Assembly: GCA_965153455.1 (NCBI GenBank)
Contig: OZ234494.1
Span: forward strand, 1,054,001 to 1,118,000
Reading direction: 5' to 3'
Source of the DNA: Sphagnum compactum
Lineage: Eukaryota
DNA: 64,000 nt
The notes under the pieces were generated by a model, which saw only the letters and a list, made by a program, of their open reading frames with translations, was not told the origin of the DNA and made no database searches. The position numbers and the translations under genes were made by a program. Position 1 is the stretch's first letter, and each line of letters starts with the position of its first letter. Positions 37,866 to 51,386 of this stretch are shown here, in pieces.

Positions 37866-40719
37866 TTACACCCTGGCATAATCATTAGGAGTAGACTCCC
37901 AGATCACAGTGCCATCACAGCTGCAAAGCTTCTTGTAGTTCTCACCAACTCCAGCACTCCTGGCTATGACTGCAGCTGAAGTCCCAGGCCTTGATTTATC
38001 ATGACCACCATATACGACCAATGCACGCCCTATCAGATCACCAACCTTCAGCATCTCCTTTGTTCCTGAGTATTCAGCATCACCTCCATCATTTGCCTCC
38101 AGTACTCCCAAGTCCCCCACCTGCTCCAACCAAAATACACAAATGTAAACAATTTTTTCACCTCAACTACAAGGTTTTACCTAAAACCAAAAAACCATAA
38201 GTCAGAGAACACTTACAGGGACATCTTGCTGGTTTGTAGATGTGTTAAAAATTTGACCTGTGCTGGCAGCCCCCCGAGTAAGGTCTCCATATTCATTAAT
38301 AGACCAGCCATGTGACCCAGGAGAAAGACCACTGAAGGAGGCTTCAATACGTGCAAGCTCCATACTAACTTGCACAAAGCGCACAACCCCATGAATCTCA
38401 GGACCCTTGAACTCAGCCACTGCTGCAGATAGAGCAAAGTCTGCAATAGCATTTCCAAAAGTTATATCAGAATCTGTCCTAACATTGTATTCAGAACTAT
38501 TATTGGCATTGATGCCTTGAGAAGTGAACAAAAAGTATGTGAGAACTGGATCATCTGGGTTACCTGTGGCCTTCCCTCAGATCTAAGCTGGTTGAAACAA
38601 AACAACACAACAACAATAATATGACACAATTCAAAGAACCATGGAAGACCACCCACTCTCAGGAAGCCCTTGACCAATAAGTCGCGCCTTGCGTCCTGAC
38701 TGTGCTAGTGCTGCTGACAAGTTTTTCACAGTCGCAGATCCCAGAACCCTCACCACTTGATTTCCTAAGTCAACATCAACTGATTTAACTCCTGCACAAT
38801 GAGCACACACAAATAAGAATTCCCTCAATGAAGCAGCATGTGTTCAAACCACACTAGAACAAAGGAGCCAAAAATAGTCAAGAAAGTGGACACCATCTAA
38901 ACAATCCAATAGGAGACTTCAACAGAGACAAAAATTTGTACCCTCCAAAGGCTCCAGCTTGGTGCGTACTGACTTGACACATCCTTCACATGACATGTCC
39001 ACCATAAACTCCGTCTGAAATTCATCAGAAAACACACAGTTAGTAATCACTAGAAATTTTATATTTTTCAGTTGTCTTAAGTGACTGCAATGTTCAACTC
39101 AGAAATAGAGCTCAGCAGTGAAATCCAGAATCAAAAGAATACCACTTTCATCAAACGCATTTTACATCAGGGGTTTGCTGCTGTATTCTTAGAAATGAAA
39201 TAGGCTTGATGGAACCATACCACCAAATTTGGCAAAGGTACTCCATCTTTGGAGCCATCTTCAAGTCCCTGCTCAATCAAACTAGACACAATGTGAGATC
39301 TCACCCCCACTATCATGGGCAATCACTGCTAAAATCTCACAGAATTGTTGGTGGCTTCTAGAGTAACATGTGAGCATTGTGAAGAGATTGCAGTCTACAC
39401 TTCCAAGCTCGGATTACTCTAAACTCGTATAATAGTTGTATTGCAGTCTGGGAGAATGCACACACATGTGATTCTGTCATCTGGGTGACTTGGCCTCCTG
39501 TGGCTGCTACAGCAATCACTGGAAATGCTGAGCAAGCAGCTTGCAACACCTGTCTTGATCCTAGAATTTGGGACTTGAGAACACTGATACTTGGATTGTG
39601 TCCTAAGGTTCTCTGCCCCAAGAAGGACCTGCAAAATGAATGAACAAAGATATAGATCTTTTCCAGATTTAACAAGCAATGGCATGAACAAGCCCTCATC
39701 AATCTCTACCTCAATCTCACAAGGTCTCTTTTTCTGATTCCTTTTGCACTTGACATTAGGGAATACAGCAACTGCTGACAAAAAGATTGTCAAGTAACAA
39801 GACACAACATCAGGCAAAAAGACAAGCATGCCAGATTGTCTGTAATCCAAATGCTTCTGCACCAAATAGGTGCATGATCTCCAACAAATTGCCTTCTTGA
39901 CTGTTTAGGGTTTGTGATCAAGACAAGAAAAAGCACCACACACACGCACACACACACACACACACACAGACACGCACCCCGACACTGATGGAGACAAATA
40001 TGAGAAAGATGCATCGCACAAGTATTACTAGGTGACATGAAAGCCCTCGTTTTCTGTGACAAAGTCAATCGCACACTGAGATCCTTACACCAGCAATCTC
40101 TGAGGCCTGCCAAAACCCGTTGAAAGTTTAGACGGACAGCTGTGCAAGAGAGAGAGAGCGAGAGAGAGAGAGAGAGAGAATTGGGGATGGGTAAGCAAGA
40201 AGCATAAGACTGGAGAGACAGACACCTGAATCAATGACTGTAAGGCTTAGCAAAATAGTTCCTGTAGCTTTTAGGAATTCAGCGGAGACAAAAGAAAGAA
40301 GGAAGGAGAGTGACATGCTTCTGCTTGGGATATGTCAAGCCCTAACCACAAACATTGGAAATTCTTAGGGTTTGGAGAACGAATCCAGAACAGGCAGAGA
40401 GACAAGGAGAGAGACAAACATAGGATAATTGAGGGTTTGGAGAACAAGATCAGAGGCAGGCAGAGAGAAATCTGAGAGCGGGTATATATTCAAGTCTATT
40501 CATCTCTTCCTTGTGTGTATCACAGTAATTGAATAGACCAAGTCCACCTTGTAAACACAGGGGCTTATCAATTCGTCTGCAACCCTAACCGTCTAAAAGA
40601 TGCATGACATTTTAAGTCAGTGCAAGACAATTCAAAGACATTTATTCCATGTCTGTATGAGAAGTGTAACATAGGATAACCTATGTTACACTATGTAACC
40701 ATTGCACAAAACCAGAGAC

Positions 40720-40755
<36 letters not shown>

Positions 40756-40918
40756 GTAAACACACAAACAAACAAGCAGAGTGAGAAAGGAGGAAAGATG
40801 ACCTTGGGGAGCTGTTGAGAGATTTCAATGGAGGCGAAATGGAAGCAGAAATGGCGAGTGTTGCAGCGGCGGCAGTAGGTAAGAGCGAAGGTAATCCTAG
40901 TGCCCTCAGCACTGCCAT
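37866..40918 (-). CDS. CCS: Copper chaperone for superoxide dismutase, with transit peptide
   Basis: Exons 40918-40803, 39628-39466, 39268-39221, 39014-38942, 38791-38657, 38440-38217, 38120-37866. HMA motif MSCEGC, SOD-like domain, C-terminal KKLCSCDGTVIWE. Confidence 0.95.
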
Positions 40919-43900
40919 GCCTTTTTCACTGCAGCCCGACCAAGCTACTAGTAAGTACTAGCACTATTCAGAGACGAAGGGGACATACGCTGCCTCAGTA
41001 TCTTGTGCACGCAAACCCTCTCTGATAAACCCCACCATTCAGTAATTCTGAGGCAAACTGATGAGAAGGTCTCTATTGCCACAGCTAGTTCTAATGGTTA
41101 AGGCTGATGGATAGGTAGGTAGGTAGGACTTGATCCTGGTCACGTGTTCATATCCTAACACATTGCATACTAAGAATTTCTGACTAGTGTTTTTTTCAAA
41201 GAATTTTTGGTTTGTGGCCATAGTGGTGATCATCAATAGGAAGATGTAGAAAAAGTGGCAATCATCCTCAGGATGATTTAGCCAAATATGGCTATAAACC
41301 AGATATACAAAACTTTAATGATCCTTCTATTTCTTTGGTTGCACACTCAAAACCAAATATAAAAATTTGGCGATTTCAATTTTTTTTTCCTGGTGATTCA
41401 AAACCCTTAGAAAATCAAACTTCATTTTTTAATTTTGAAATTTTTATTTCGGGGCAAAATTTCGCCAATAAAAAAATAGGCTGCTTTTTACCCAAATTGT
41501 TGGCTACTCAACAATCTCTTTATCTTGTCCAGGTGGCAACTGAGAACTACCCTGAGAAAAAATCTCAAGTGCCAAAAGAAGAAAGTTTGGACTCTGCAAC
41601 TTCCAAAACTTTTTTGTCGGAGGAAATAGGGTACGATCTATTCCGTCATACTTGCATGTTTTAAGAGCCATTTCATATCTTTGACAATCGTTAAGACATG
41701 TAAGGGACTACTTGGGGAGAATTCTTGTAAGCAAAGATGATGGTTTCTATATGAACAGGTATACACAGCAACATGTGACATGATAGAAGATGGCTTCGCC
41801 GCCAATGAGCTGCTTGTGTTGAAGCTCAGTTGTATGTATTCATCACTGCATAAATGCCTGAGGGGTAGACCAACATTTAGCATAAGCTTCTAGTACCAGC
41901 TTTGCTTCTCAATAAGCATGCTATAGTTTTCATGCTGTAGTACTGTGCATTGTCTTCTGATGAAGCTCATAGATTTGCCCAAAGGATCCCATGGTCCATT
42001 GAGTTTTTGGTATGCCTAAACTGAGGTTGAAGTCCTGCCTTGCATTCAAGAAGAACCATGGGTTCTCAAATTCTGGACTATGGAACTGACAGCAACAATT
42101 TTGAGTTGGATGTTCTCAAGTGCAAATTGTGACATTGCCATCCATGCAGATCTCTAGTCAACAAGACAGAGTACACCTCTGGAGAACAAAATTACTGCAT
42201 TTTAATCCAGCACTGCCTTCAATATAAGGCGTCCACATACTCTGGAAGTGTGTGCTGCTGTTCTTCAAGTACTAAAAACCCTGAAATCCTTTTAAGGCCT
42301 TTCTGATTACAACTTAATTTTTGGAAATCTTATTTCAGGGGGATTGGTAGTCTAAACATTGTTTAGACTCCAAGCACATCCAGAATGAGCATTACAAAAT
42401 CAGAGAACATAGGAAACAGTACTTCATGTATAGCTTGTATGATTTCTGGAAACTGATTGAAGCTTGAAGAGTGAAGTTTGTTGTTCATCTCAGTGTTCTG
42501 GGATCAGATGTCAGAGCTCATTATGATGAAGCAAAGAATGCTCATAAATGTCAATATCAAATTGTCAACCTTAACTTGTGCTACTAGAAGTGTTATGCTT
42601 GCAAGAACCTAAAGACTACAATCTTTGTAAGACAACTTAAATCAAAGCTGCTGGTCTTTAGCTCTACAGGATCATGCTGAGGGCACTGGTATGGAGTCCA
42701 AGACATTCTACCATAAGTCCTAAAGCCTCAAATGCCCTGTATGCTGAATATAGCATTATTTGCTTAATTTGGACAGAAGGAGAAAGTTCCCAAGGATACA
42801 CTGACACAATGACTGGTAAACTATGCACTCCAATCATTCTATCCAAAGCTAATTGACAACAGTAAGCTTTCTTGTAACATGTACTGATACCTGTTCATCA
42901 AAATCATGTTGAATCAATCACTAAAAAGGATTGGAGGATACTGCTCTATATGATTATGGGTTTTTGAGCCAAAAACATCTCTTGGTGGAACAACCAACTT
43001 GTTCAACTGCTTCAGATTCATGCTTGGTTTTCTGTCATATAAATATGATCATGTAAAACAGACTGTCTCCTAAATGCAGAGGACGGAGGCATGACAAATG
43101 ATTGTCAACCCAACTCTATGAGCCAGAGATGGTCAATCTTCTCTACAGCAGCCCAATCAACTAAAGATTTCTGGAGCATGAAAATTGAACAGGATGTACA
43201 TTAACCATCTCTCTTTTCACGTTTTCACCTTTTTCTTTTCTTTGTTAATAAAGGACTTGAACTCTAAAATAATGGCTAGCACCACATTATGTGGCTGTGT
43301 CATCACTTCATCCCCAATTAGTCCCTGCATCCACCACATCACATTCTCTGATTTCAGGAAACATGAAAGGTATATGTCTATGGGAAGTCAAGGCAAGAAA
43401 AGTCGCATTAAGAACAGTTTCCCTTCATACATTATGCAAGTTCCTGATCTCTCAAATGCAAGGACCATGACTCTAGGACTAGCATTGTTGCTTCACAAAT
43501 ACCATCTCACGAGTGTATGCCAGACAAACCTGTGCCTCAAGCTCTATTAATGAGTTCTCTTCCCATTTTTTTGAAGGTCTCACAGCCTCCCCCTCTCCCA
43601 GCACATTCGTTACCCCAATAGCTCACATGGAGAGAAAGTCTCATTTACCTGTAGAAGAAAACACAATAGGTAATGTGATTCTTCCAAAACTTGAGGTCAA
43701 CATGAAAGATACCTGTTACGTCATATTACAGAAGCAGAAAAAACTAGAAGTTACTGCACTTTGAGCCCATACAATTGAAGTTCAAGAGGGACTAACCTTC
43801 CAGTTATTTCTTTTAGGCAACATTTGGTTCCTTTGGAAGGGGATTTGGGTTGCATCATCACTCATTCTCACTACTCTGCCATTTAGCCAACAATTTATTC

Positions 43901-44480
43901 AATAATGCAGACTGCAAGACAGACATGGCCCCCCCACACACACACTACTCCATATATTCCACATGAGCTCAAAACTTTAGTCAATGAACAAAGTCATAAG
44001 CATTTCAAATAGCTTCAGTCTGGCCATAAAATCAGCATTCCCTCCTAAGCTAATATCTATCCCACAAAAGGCTATGCTGGTAGCAATGGTAACACCTCCC
44101 AGACAGCCATTTTGTGCCACAATCTCTGCATCTCACCCCAGTTCTCAGGCTTTGCATAAAGGATATACAACAAAAGTATGCAAATCAGACATTTCAATAA
44201 ATAAGATCAACAAGGTGTACAATCCTTGCACTGTGCAATGACATGTGGAAATTGCTGATGGACAACAATTATCAGGGTTTCTTGTATGCAACAGTGGAAA
44301 GAACATATATTCTACCTGATGAGGGATAGAAGCTTCTGTCAAGTACTCAGGAGATCTTCGTGCTGCTCCCCACTTGTGGTGCCCACAAGCATGGGATGCC
44401 TTGTTTTATTCACGGGAGCTATTTCTACTACTGTAGAGATAACATCTGATAGTACATCCTGTCCATCCAGATTCCATCCT

Positions 44481-45231
44481 TTAGTAACAAAATACATTCC
44501 TCTGGTTCCCTTGAACTTGTTCACACATGATTACCTGCAATGTGTGTATTGATCAAGACAGCCAAAGAGCAACAAATTCCCCACACAGATCTCCTCCCGT
44601 GGGGGTCATTGTCTTGCAAGCTTCCACTCTTTTGTAACATAACTGCTCCTAATAACATGTAATCCAGTAAAATTGGGAGGATCTATATGGAAAGGTGTAC
44701 TACCTCTGAATCATCAACTTGTTGGTTGGAAGAACTGTCATGTTCAGTTTATAAATCCTCTCAAACGCAGCACTTTCTGTTTGTTGCTATTTAGTCATTC
44801 TGCAACGCTTGGGCTGCTGTGGTAATCTGTGGCAACAACAAATCATCAATTCATCAATCATCCCCCTTGAGCACGAAGTGAAAACTCGAGCAGTTGGAAC
44901 CCTTTATGACAAACAAACGAGATTTCCACAATGCTCAAAGTGTTTGTTTCCTATTGGTAAAGGGGAGAGAGGAGGAGATGAGCCTCTCCTTGAACAATCA
45001 CTTGTTTGTTGTGAACATCCAATCCAAGAACCATGACCCCAGAAAACTTTCCACATTCCCTTGGGAGGAAATAGAGAAGGGGATGAGAAAACTGACCGGC
45101 AGCAGAGAGTCCATGATAACTTCAACCCATTGTGCTTGTACTCGCTTTTGAAATTCCTCTATGCTGGTGTGCAGATCCTCGTCCAAAGTATGCACCCGAG
45201 TCTCCAGCTCCAGCACGTTCACTTGTGCCAT
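44481..45231 (-). other. Candidate spliced small ORF (62 aa) or lncRNA
   Basis: GCTACCATGG start at 45231; CCG|GTCAGT donor after 45097; TTGCAG acceptor before 44534; stop at 44483-44481. A further donor after 44316 and a strong acceptor before 43648. Confidence 0.35.
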
Positions 45232-45522
45232 GGTAGCACCATAGCCGTACTGCTCCCTTGAAAAGACCCCCGAAGATCTTCAACAACGCAAACCTTGCCT
45301 CCTTTGCCAATCCCAACGGGCGATATGCTTGCCACACACGGCCACTTCCATATTCCACAGCTTTCCACGTTAGCCGCCGATCATCGAACCCCTCAACAAT
45401 CCTCCCATTACATTTGCAGAAAATAAGTGCGATGAATACAAAGACTCTAACTTGGTTGGTGGAGAATCTTGATATTCGAAGTTCGTCTGTAGAATGTGCA
45501 TGCCCAATCGAATGATACAACT

Positions 45523-48389
45523 TCATGGAGTTAAACGTAATCCTTCATCTCTATGTTTCTTACAAACCCATGCAATATGCGGGCCTTCACTTGTTCCTTG
45601 TGTATATTGGACCCTGTACAAGCCAAAGAGTGTTGCTATGTCTTTCCCTCTTAGAAAGTCCACAAGCCATTGTTCTGCACTTTCTTTCACTTCATTAGTG
45701 AAATGTTCCTTCAGGTGCAACTCAACTTGTTCTCGTGGCACTCCATCATCCCCAACTGCTTGCAAATCTGGGATACTAACAACACCATTCAAGATTGCCT
45801 TCTCCAAATCGGGAATTGCATGTTCAATTCCTAGTGTAATGTGTGCTCCCGCCTTCATCAACATGGTTGCAATTCTCAAACCCCAAATTGCATAAGGTCG
45901 AATCTTTCTAGCTATTTTGGTTTCCAAACTCAACGAACAACCCTCCTGTCCTTCCACTTTGTGAATGTTGTCTCTATGTTCGCACCAGAAATGCAATTGC
46001 ACAAGTTGCATAAGTGCATTCGAGACACATGAATCAATCATCTTTTGAAAGATCCCCAAATCCTTAGTCGAGAAAAAAGAAAGACAAGGCACTCGATGTC
46101 GCTGTACCTCTCCTGAAAATTGTAGAATTTGATCAAGTTTTGTGCGAACTTGTGGCAATAGCTCCTTTTGCAATTTGTGAATGTGCTTGATTTTGGTTTG
46201 CAAAGAATTAAGTTTGTTGTCCAAGATATCAAATCGCATCATGACCTCCTTTCAAAAGTCAATGATTTGAGCCGAACGCCCACGTTCATCCAAAGAATTC
46301 AAAGCAATCTTGCCATGCATATCAAGACACTTGTTTGATGAACTATGACTAGCAACCTCAACAACTTCCTCAATGTCAATCCTCAACTCCTCTACATTGG
46401 AAAGGATGAAATTGACCACGTCATTCCATTGTTGGGCTCCAAGAAGATCTACAGCTTTGTCAGGTGGTCCACTTGAAGGAAAACCATCGAATCCCATGTT
46501 CCAATCATGTCGATAATCTAGATCCATGGATTCCTTTGCATTTTGTGTTAATGTCTCAACCTTCACAGCTTGGTCTTTCGTACTTTACATAACCAAGGTG
46601 TTTTCAAAGATAAGGGGTGCAAAATTCTTTCCCCCAATTTTACACCTTGGCATCCAAAGTTGGAAGAGGCACAAAATTCACGAAAAGGTGTTTATCACAT
46701 CATCAAAAATGATCATCTTGGTTGCCTCAAAATCTCGACTTGAATGAACAATAATATCATTGAAAGAATTCACTTGATCACTATACTCTACAAAGAATTG
46801 AAGTCCTTTCTAGGTGAACATAATAAGGTTTTTTCAAGTTTAAATATTGCAACTTTTTTTTGTAGCTTGAACATTTTTTGAAATTTCACCTACAACAACA
46901 TATACAATGATAAGATTTATCAGTTCTACTCATGGAAAACAATCATCTAGAACATAAAAAAAATAAGTGTTCACATATATTAATTAGCAACAAGTTTGAT
47001 ATATACATGTAGTCTTGGGAAACACCCAATAGTAAGAAATTGTGTTCAGGATCACCACATTCAAGTCGTGATCCTAAGTACACAACATTTGGCCATGGTT
47101 TTAGCTCTTTGCCAAAATACACCCAATTTAATTGGCGTTCACATTGATTTACATCATCATATGCATCTTTTAAAATAGTTGGAATGAAAATTCCACCTTT
47201 CTCATTAGATGAACCACTATTATAAGTCTCTTGATAACATTGGTTCAATTCCATCATCATCCTAATCAAATCTTCCACTTGGACACCTTGTATTTTTTGG
47301 ATCTTTTGAACATCATCCTCCTTACAGTTGTGGCCCACATGAAAATATTCATCAAAAAGTGATTTTTGAAGTAAAAATTCAACATCATTGTAGTTGACAA
47401 AACCCTCCATGTTTATTGACACATCATACCCCAAGGCTGCATGTGAAGATTCATCAAAGGGCAACAAGGAACCCAATATTTCGTGGCAAAACCAATTTGG
47501 ATCCATCACCATGAATTCCAAATTTCAAGATATAAGACATTTCCACCTTCATGTAATGTTTGAGCCATTGCTCGACAATGTTTTTTCATATTGCTTTGAT
47601 CACCAAGGAAACATTTCAAATTTGTGTTCTCTGCACACAACTTTCCAAAAGTTTCCCATGAGACCATGGGTTTGTTGGTGTGTTTTTCACTCCATTGAAT
47701 GATCACCTTTCCCATTTGTAAACACACTTCCAATACTTTTGGTAAATGATCCAAAATATGCTTTATTTCATTCGTTACAAACCTTGCAAAAGGTTGAATA
47801 GATGAAGTTGATTTAGATCAATCCAAAATGAAGGGATGAAATCATATATATTCACCAACTCTTTGTATTTTTGTTTCAAGTTTTTGATAATTTGTTGTAA
47901 GATGGTTTGGAGTCATTTCAAGTCTTGATAGACTCTGTAAAATGTAAAGATGATGATTATATGAGGTGTGAATTCAATTGACAGTCTCGTATTGGAGGCA
48001 ATGAATCTAATCCAATAGTCCAATTCATTCATGATTTCAATGCAATATTCAATCCAATTGATCTTTACATTCTTTTTTGTTGCGAGTAAGTTTGCAAAGT
48101 AAGAAGAAAGATGAAGCAATTCCTTGGACGTTTGTATTTCAAATCAAAGGTCATGTAGAGAATGAAATTCATCTTGTTCACCCAAATCCCACAAAGATAT
48201 TTGCATATCACCTTTGATAATCATATCTTGCTTTTCTATACCCATGGTGCAAGGTAAGGGTGAATTCCAATTTACTTTCTGCCACAAGAAACTCAATGCC
48301 AATTTGGTCTTCTTATAGATACACTGCACGACCTTTTTTTTGCTATTGCCAATTAAGCTTAGTTGGAGCTTCGTCTTCCCTGCATACAT
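45523..48389 (-). pseudogene. TORNADO1-like ROCO (Roc GTPase-COR-C-terminal domain) paralog, disrupted; no LRR region found
   Basis: YAGKT P-loop, ISLWDLGEQDEFHSLHDL, ELDYWIRFIASN, KPMVSWETF, DPNWFCHEILG, LHFWCEHR..HKVEGQEG, AEQWLVDFL, FGLYRVQY, IAWVCKKH are collinear with TRN1 as I recall it. Several frameshifts and stops in the 5' two-thirds. Confidence 0.88.
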
Positions 48390-49461
48390 TCATATGCAAC
48401 AAACATTGTTAGTCAAGTGTTAATATGTAATTACTTAAAAAACGTTTTGTGGCCAAATTGATTTTGTTCAAAAAAGATATTTCTGTCTATTATGGTATCA
48501 AATGGTAAATTTTGAAGGTCTATTATACATATGTGAAATCACATTTGCATTGAAGTTGCATTTAAGGTATTAAGTAACATGAAAAATAATTATTTATGCA
48601 TGATATGTGACATTTGACACATAGATTTCCTTTTGAAAGTTTGCAAGAGTGTATATATATAAACATGACAAAAGAATTTGAAAGAAAACATTGTGGTGAA
48701 AGACATTTTATAACATTTTTCACATTCATATGAAATAAAATATATATGATTTATCGCAACCATTTGCGGTCCACACCAATGTTGCTCGATTATTGAGAAA
48801 ACGCCTAATCATTAATAAAATTACTAGTAACTTATTGGACGACTATTGATTTAAAAAATCAAATAAAGAACCTACCCACCAAGTTAATACCATCAAAATT
48901 AATGAAAATACCCTTATGAGTTAAGTATTGGGTTCTCAAATTCTAATAATGTTTAAATCATTTGTTTAAATAATCCAAGTAGGTTATCAATTCTAAAACC
49001 TGATGGTAAAAAAGATTTTAAAACTAACAATAATCACTATGTTGTTGTAAAGAAATATAAATATTATGTAGTTGAAGGAATTGATGATAATAATCACTAC
49101 AAAGTTGCTATAGAGTCAACAAAAGTTATTAATGATTTGCACATACAAGAAAAATCAATTTACCTTGAAAAAAAGTGACTTTGACTACACAACAGAACAT
49201 TGGACTAAAATTGATAAACATATGCATTACTCAGCAAATGCATTGATAATTACAGCCACTACAAAATTGTTGCAGCATCAACATACATTATCAATAGATG
49301 CACATACATAAGAAATCAACTTTGATGTGGACTATGTAAGACCACCTACATGGCAGTTTGAATATATCCATGGAATTTACAGTATAATATAGATTAATCA
49401 CTATAAAGAAAACTTACAACAAAGTCAACAATAATCATGAAGAGTATTCGATCATTTGACC

Positions 49462-49730
49462 TCATACATCACATTTGTAAATTAAAGTCATCAAGATTCA
49501 ATGATTTTTTACACATCACATTTGTAAATAAAAGTCATCAAAATTCAGTACACTTGCTCTTGTAATCACATTTGTCAATAAAAGTCATCAAGATTCAATG
49601 CAGTTGCCTTTATACATCACATTTGTTAATAAAATTCATCACGACTCAATACATTTGCCCTTATACATCACATTTTATCAATAAAAGTCATCCAAACTCC
49701 ATGTTATTGCCCTTATACATCACATTTGAA
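49462..49730. repeat. Tandem repeat, ~46-53 bp unit x5-6
   Basis: ACATCACATTTGT.AATAAAAGTCATCAAGATTCAAT repeated. Confidence 0.88.
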
Positions 49731-51386
49731 GCCATTAGTCATTAGAAGATTAATGTAATCCTCAAGAGTCACTATTTATCACCTAGTGACCATTAGGTGT
49801 TAGTTCTATTTCATGTTTTGCTTTTGTGATTTACGCAATATTCATATTAGCCTTCTCTCATTTGATTATCGTAATCATTACCAATAATAATAATGGGTCA
49901 AAACAAAATAAAATATGTGAAAAAAGTAGACGTTTTCATTTTAACCTTGTGTCTTTCATATAAGTAACTTAAAATAACATCAAATTAGGTGAAAGTATGT
50001 GTCAAATAACATTAATTGGCTCTATTAAATTATAAGAATTTAATTCTAATAATATATTTAAAAAAAATTAAAAGTAAATAGAAAGTATATTTGAAACCAA
50101 CTAAAAAATATGTGTTCAAATTTATTTTTTGGTTAGAAAAATTAATGAAATTGATATGTAATAAGTTAGAAAATGAATAGCAACATATAGTCTAGCAAGA
50201 TTCCATCAAAACAAAATAAAATTTCTTTTTGTAAAAACCTATTTGACACCTACTTGAAACCAAAAGCCCATAATGAAAAGTAGACGTCAAAACCCTTAAA
50301 ACTACTTTTACAATTTGAAATATGAAAATCAATGCACATTAAGGTGAACATATATTATATTTATTGAAATGAAAGCATTCAATGTTCCACAATTTTATAA
50401 TGGATTTTGTTGCTATTTTAAATTTACTTATTCTAGTTTTGACAAGGCAATCATGTTGTTCACAATATCTTGCTTACACCAAGTTCAATTTGTAATTTCA
50501 AAATTTTTAAAACTATTTAAATTGTTTTAAGTTATTTTCAGACTTTTTGAAAGTTTGAAATTAATTAAAAACGTGTTCTATCCTTAACCCTAACCTAAAC
50601 CTTACACTTCAACATCAATTTATATGTAAAACTTAATGTTAAACCTAAAACCATAATCTTAAACCGTAAGCCTAACCTTAAAACTTTAAAGTTGAACCAA
50701 AAATAAATAATAAATAACTGGTAAGTTTTTTGATACCAGCCTAATATTGGTATTAGGCTCAATACTGATTTTGGGCTCATATATGCTTGGTATATAGACT
50801 AATATGACACTAATATAACCTCAAGTTCCTACGAGCTTGTACTAGTTTTAAACTGGTACCAGACTTAAGTCATATCAGATTTGTCTAGTATTTGATATCA
50901 GTGTTCATACCAATATTGATACCAGTTTCTCACCCTACATTGGTCAACATTAGTCTCAAACCATCAATGAAAATCTATTAACCTTAACAAGGTTATTAAA
51001 CATGATCATTGCTAATGCTATCGATGATAACCTAGCACTGTTCTTATTGCACTTTTTTGATACTGAGATTTTGGCAAAATTTAACCAAAGAAAATTGTTG
51101 AATTGGTCGAATTTATGTTAGGAAAGAAAAAAATTCTCAATTTCTTTGTGCAAAATTTCACCAAATTAAAATAATACCTTAGATTTGTTTTTTGAGCTGC
51201 CAAAATGAACAAAGTCTTGGGTCACAGTCAAATGGGGTTCCTCCATCCTGCCACTTAATTTGTACACCAAATTTACATAGAAAGTACTCAAAATCTATTT
51301 TCTGGTTGTATTCTCAAATTCTTTTCAATACTCAAGTTTCTTCTAAGCACCTACTCTCTAAACTTCATTCCTATCGGGAAACATGA

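Noticed and set aside
38545-38580. Intronic echo of CCS exon 2 (QVTQM)
   Set aside because: The match is too short to separate from chance.
39935-40755. (CA)n and (GA)n microsatellites in CCS intron 1
   Set aside because: Ordinary for first introns in plants.
46252-46254. Stop-codon readthrough or selenocysteine at the in-frame TGA
   Set aside because: Land plants lack Sec machinery, upstream frameshifts already break the gene, and CpG deamination explains the TGA.
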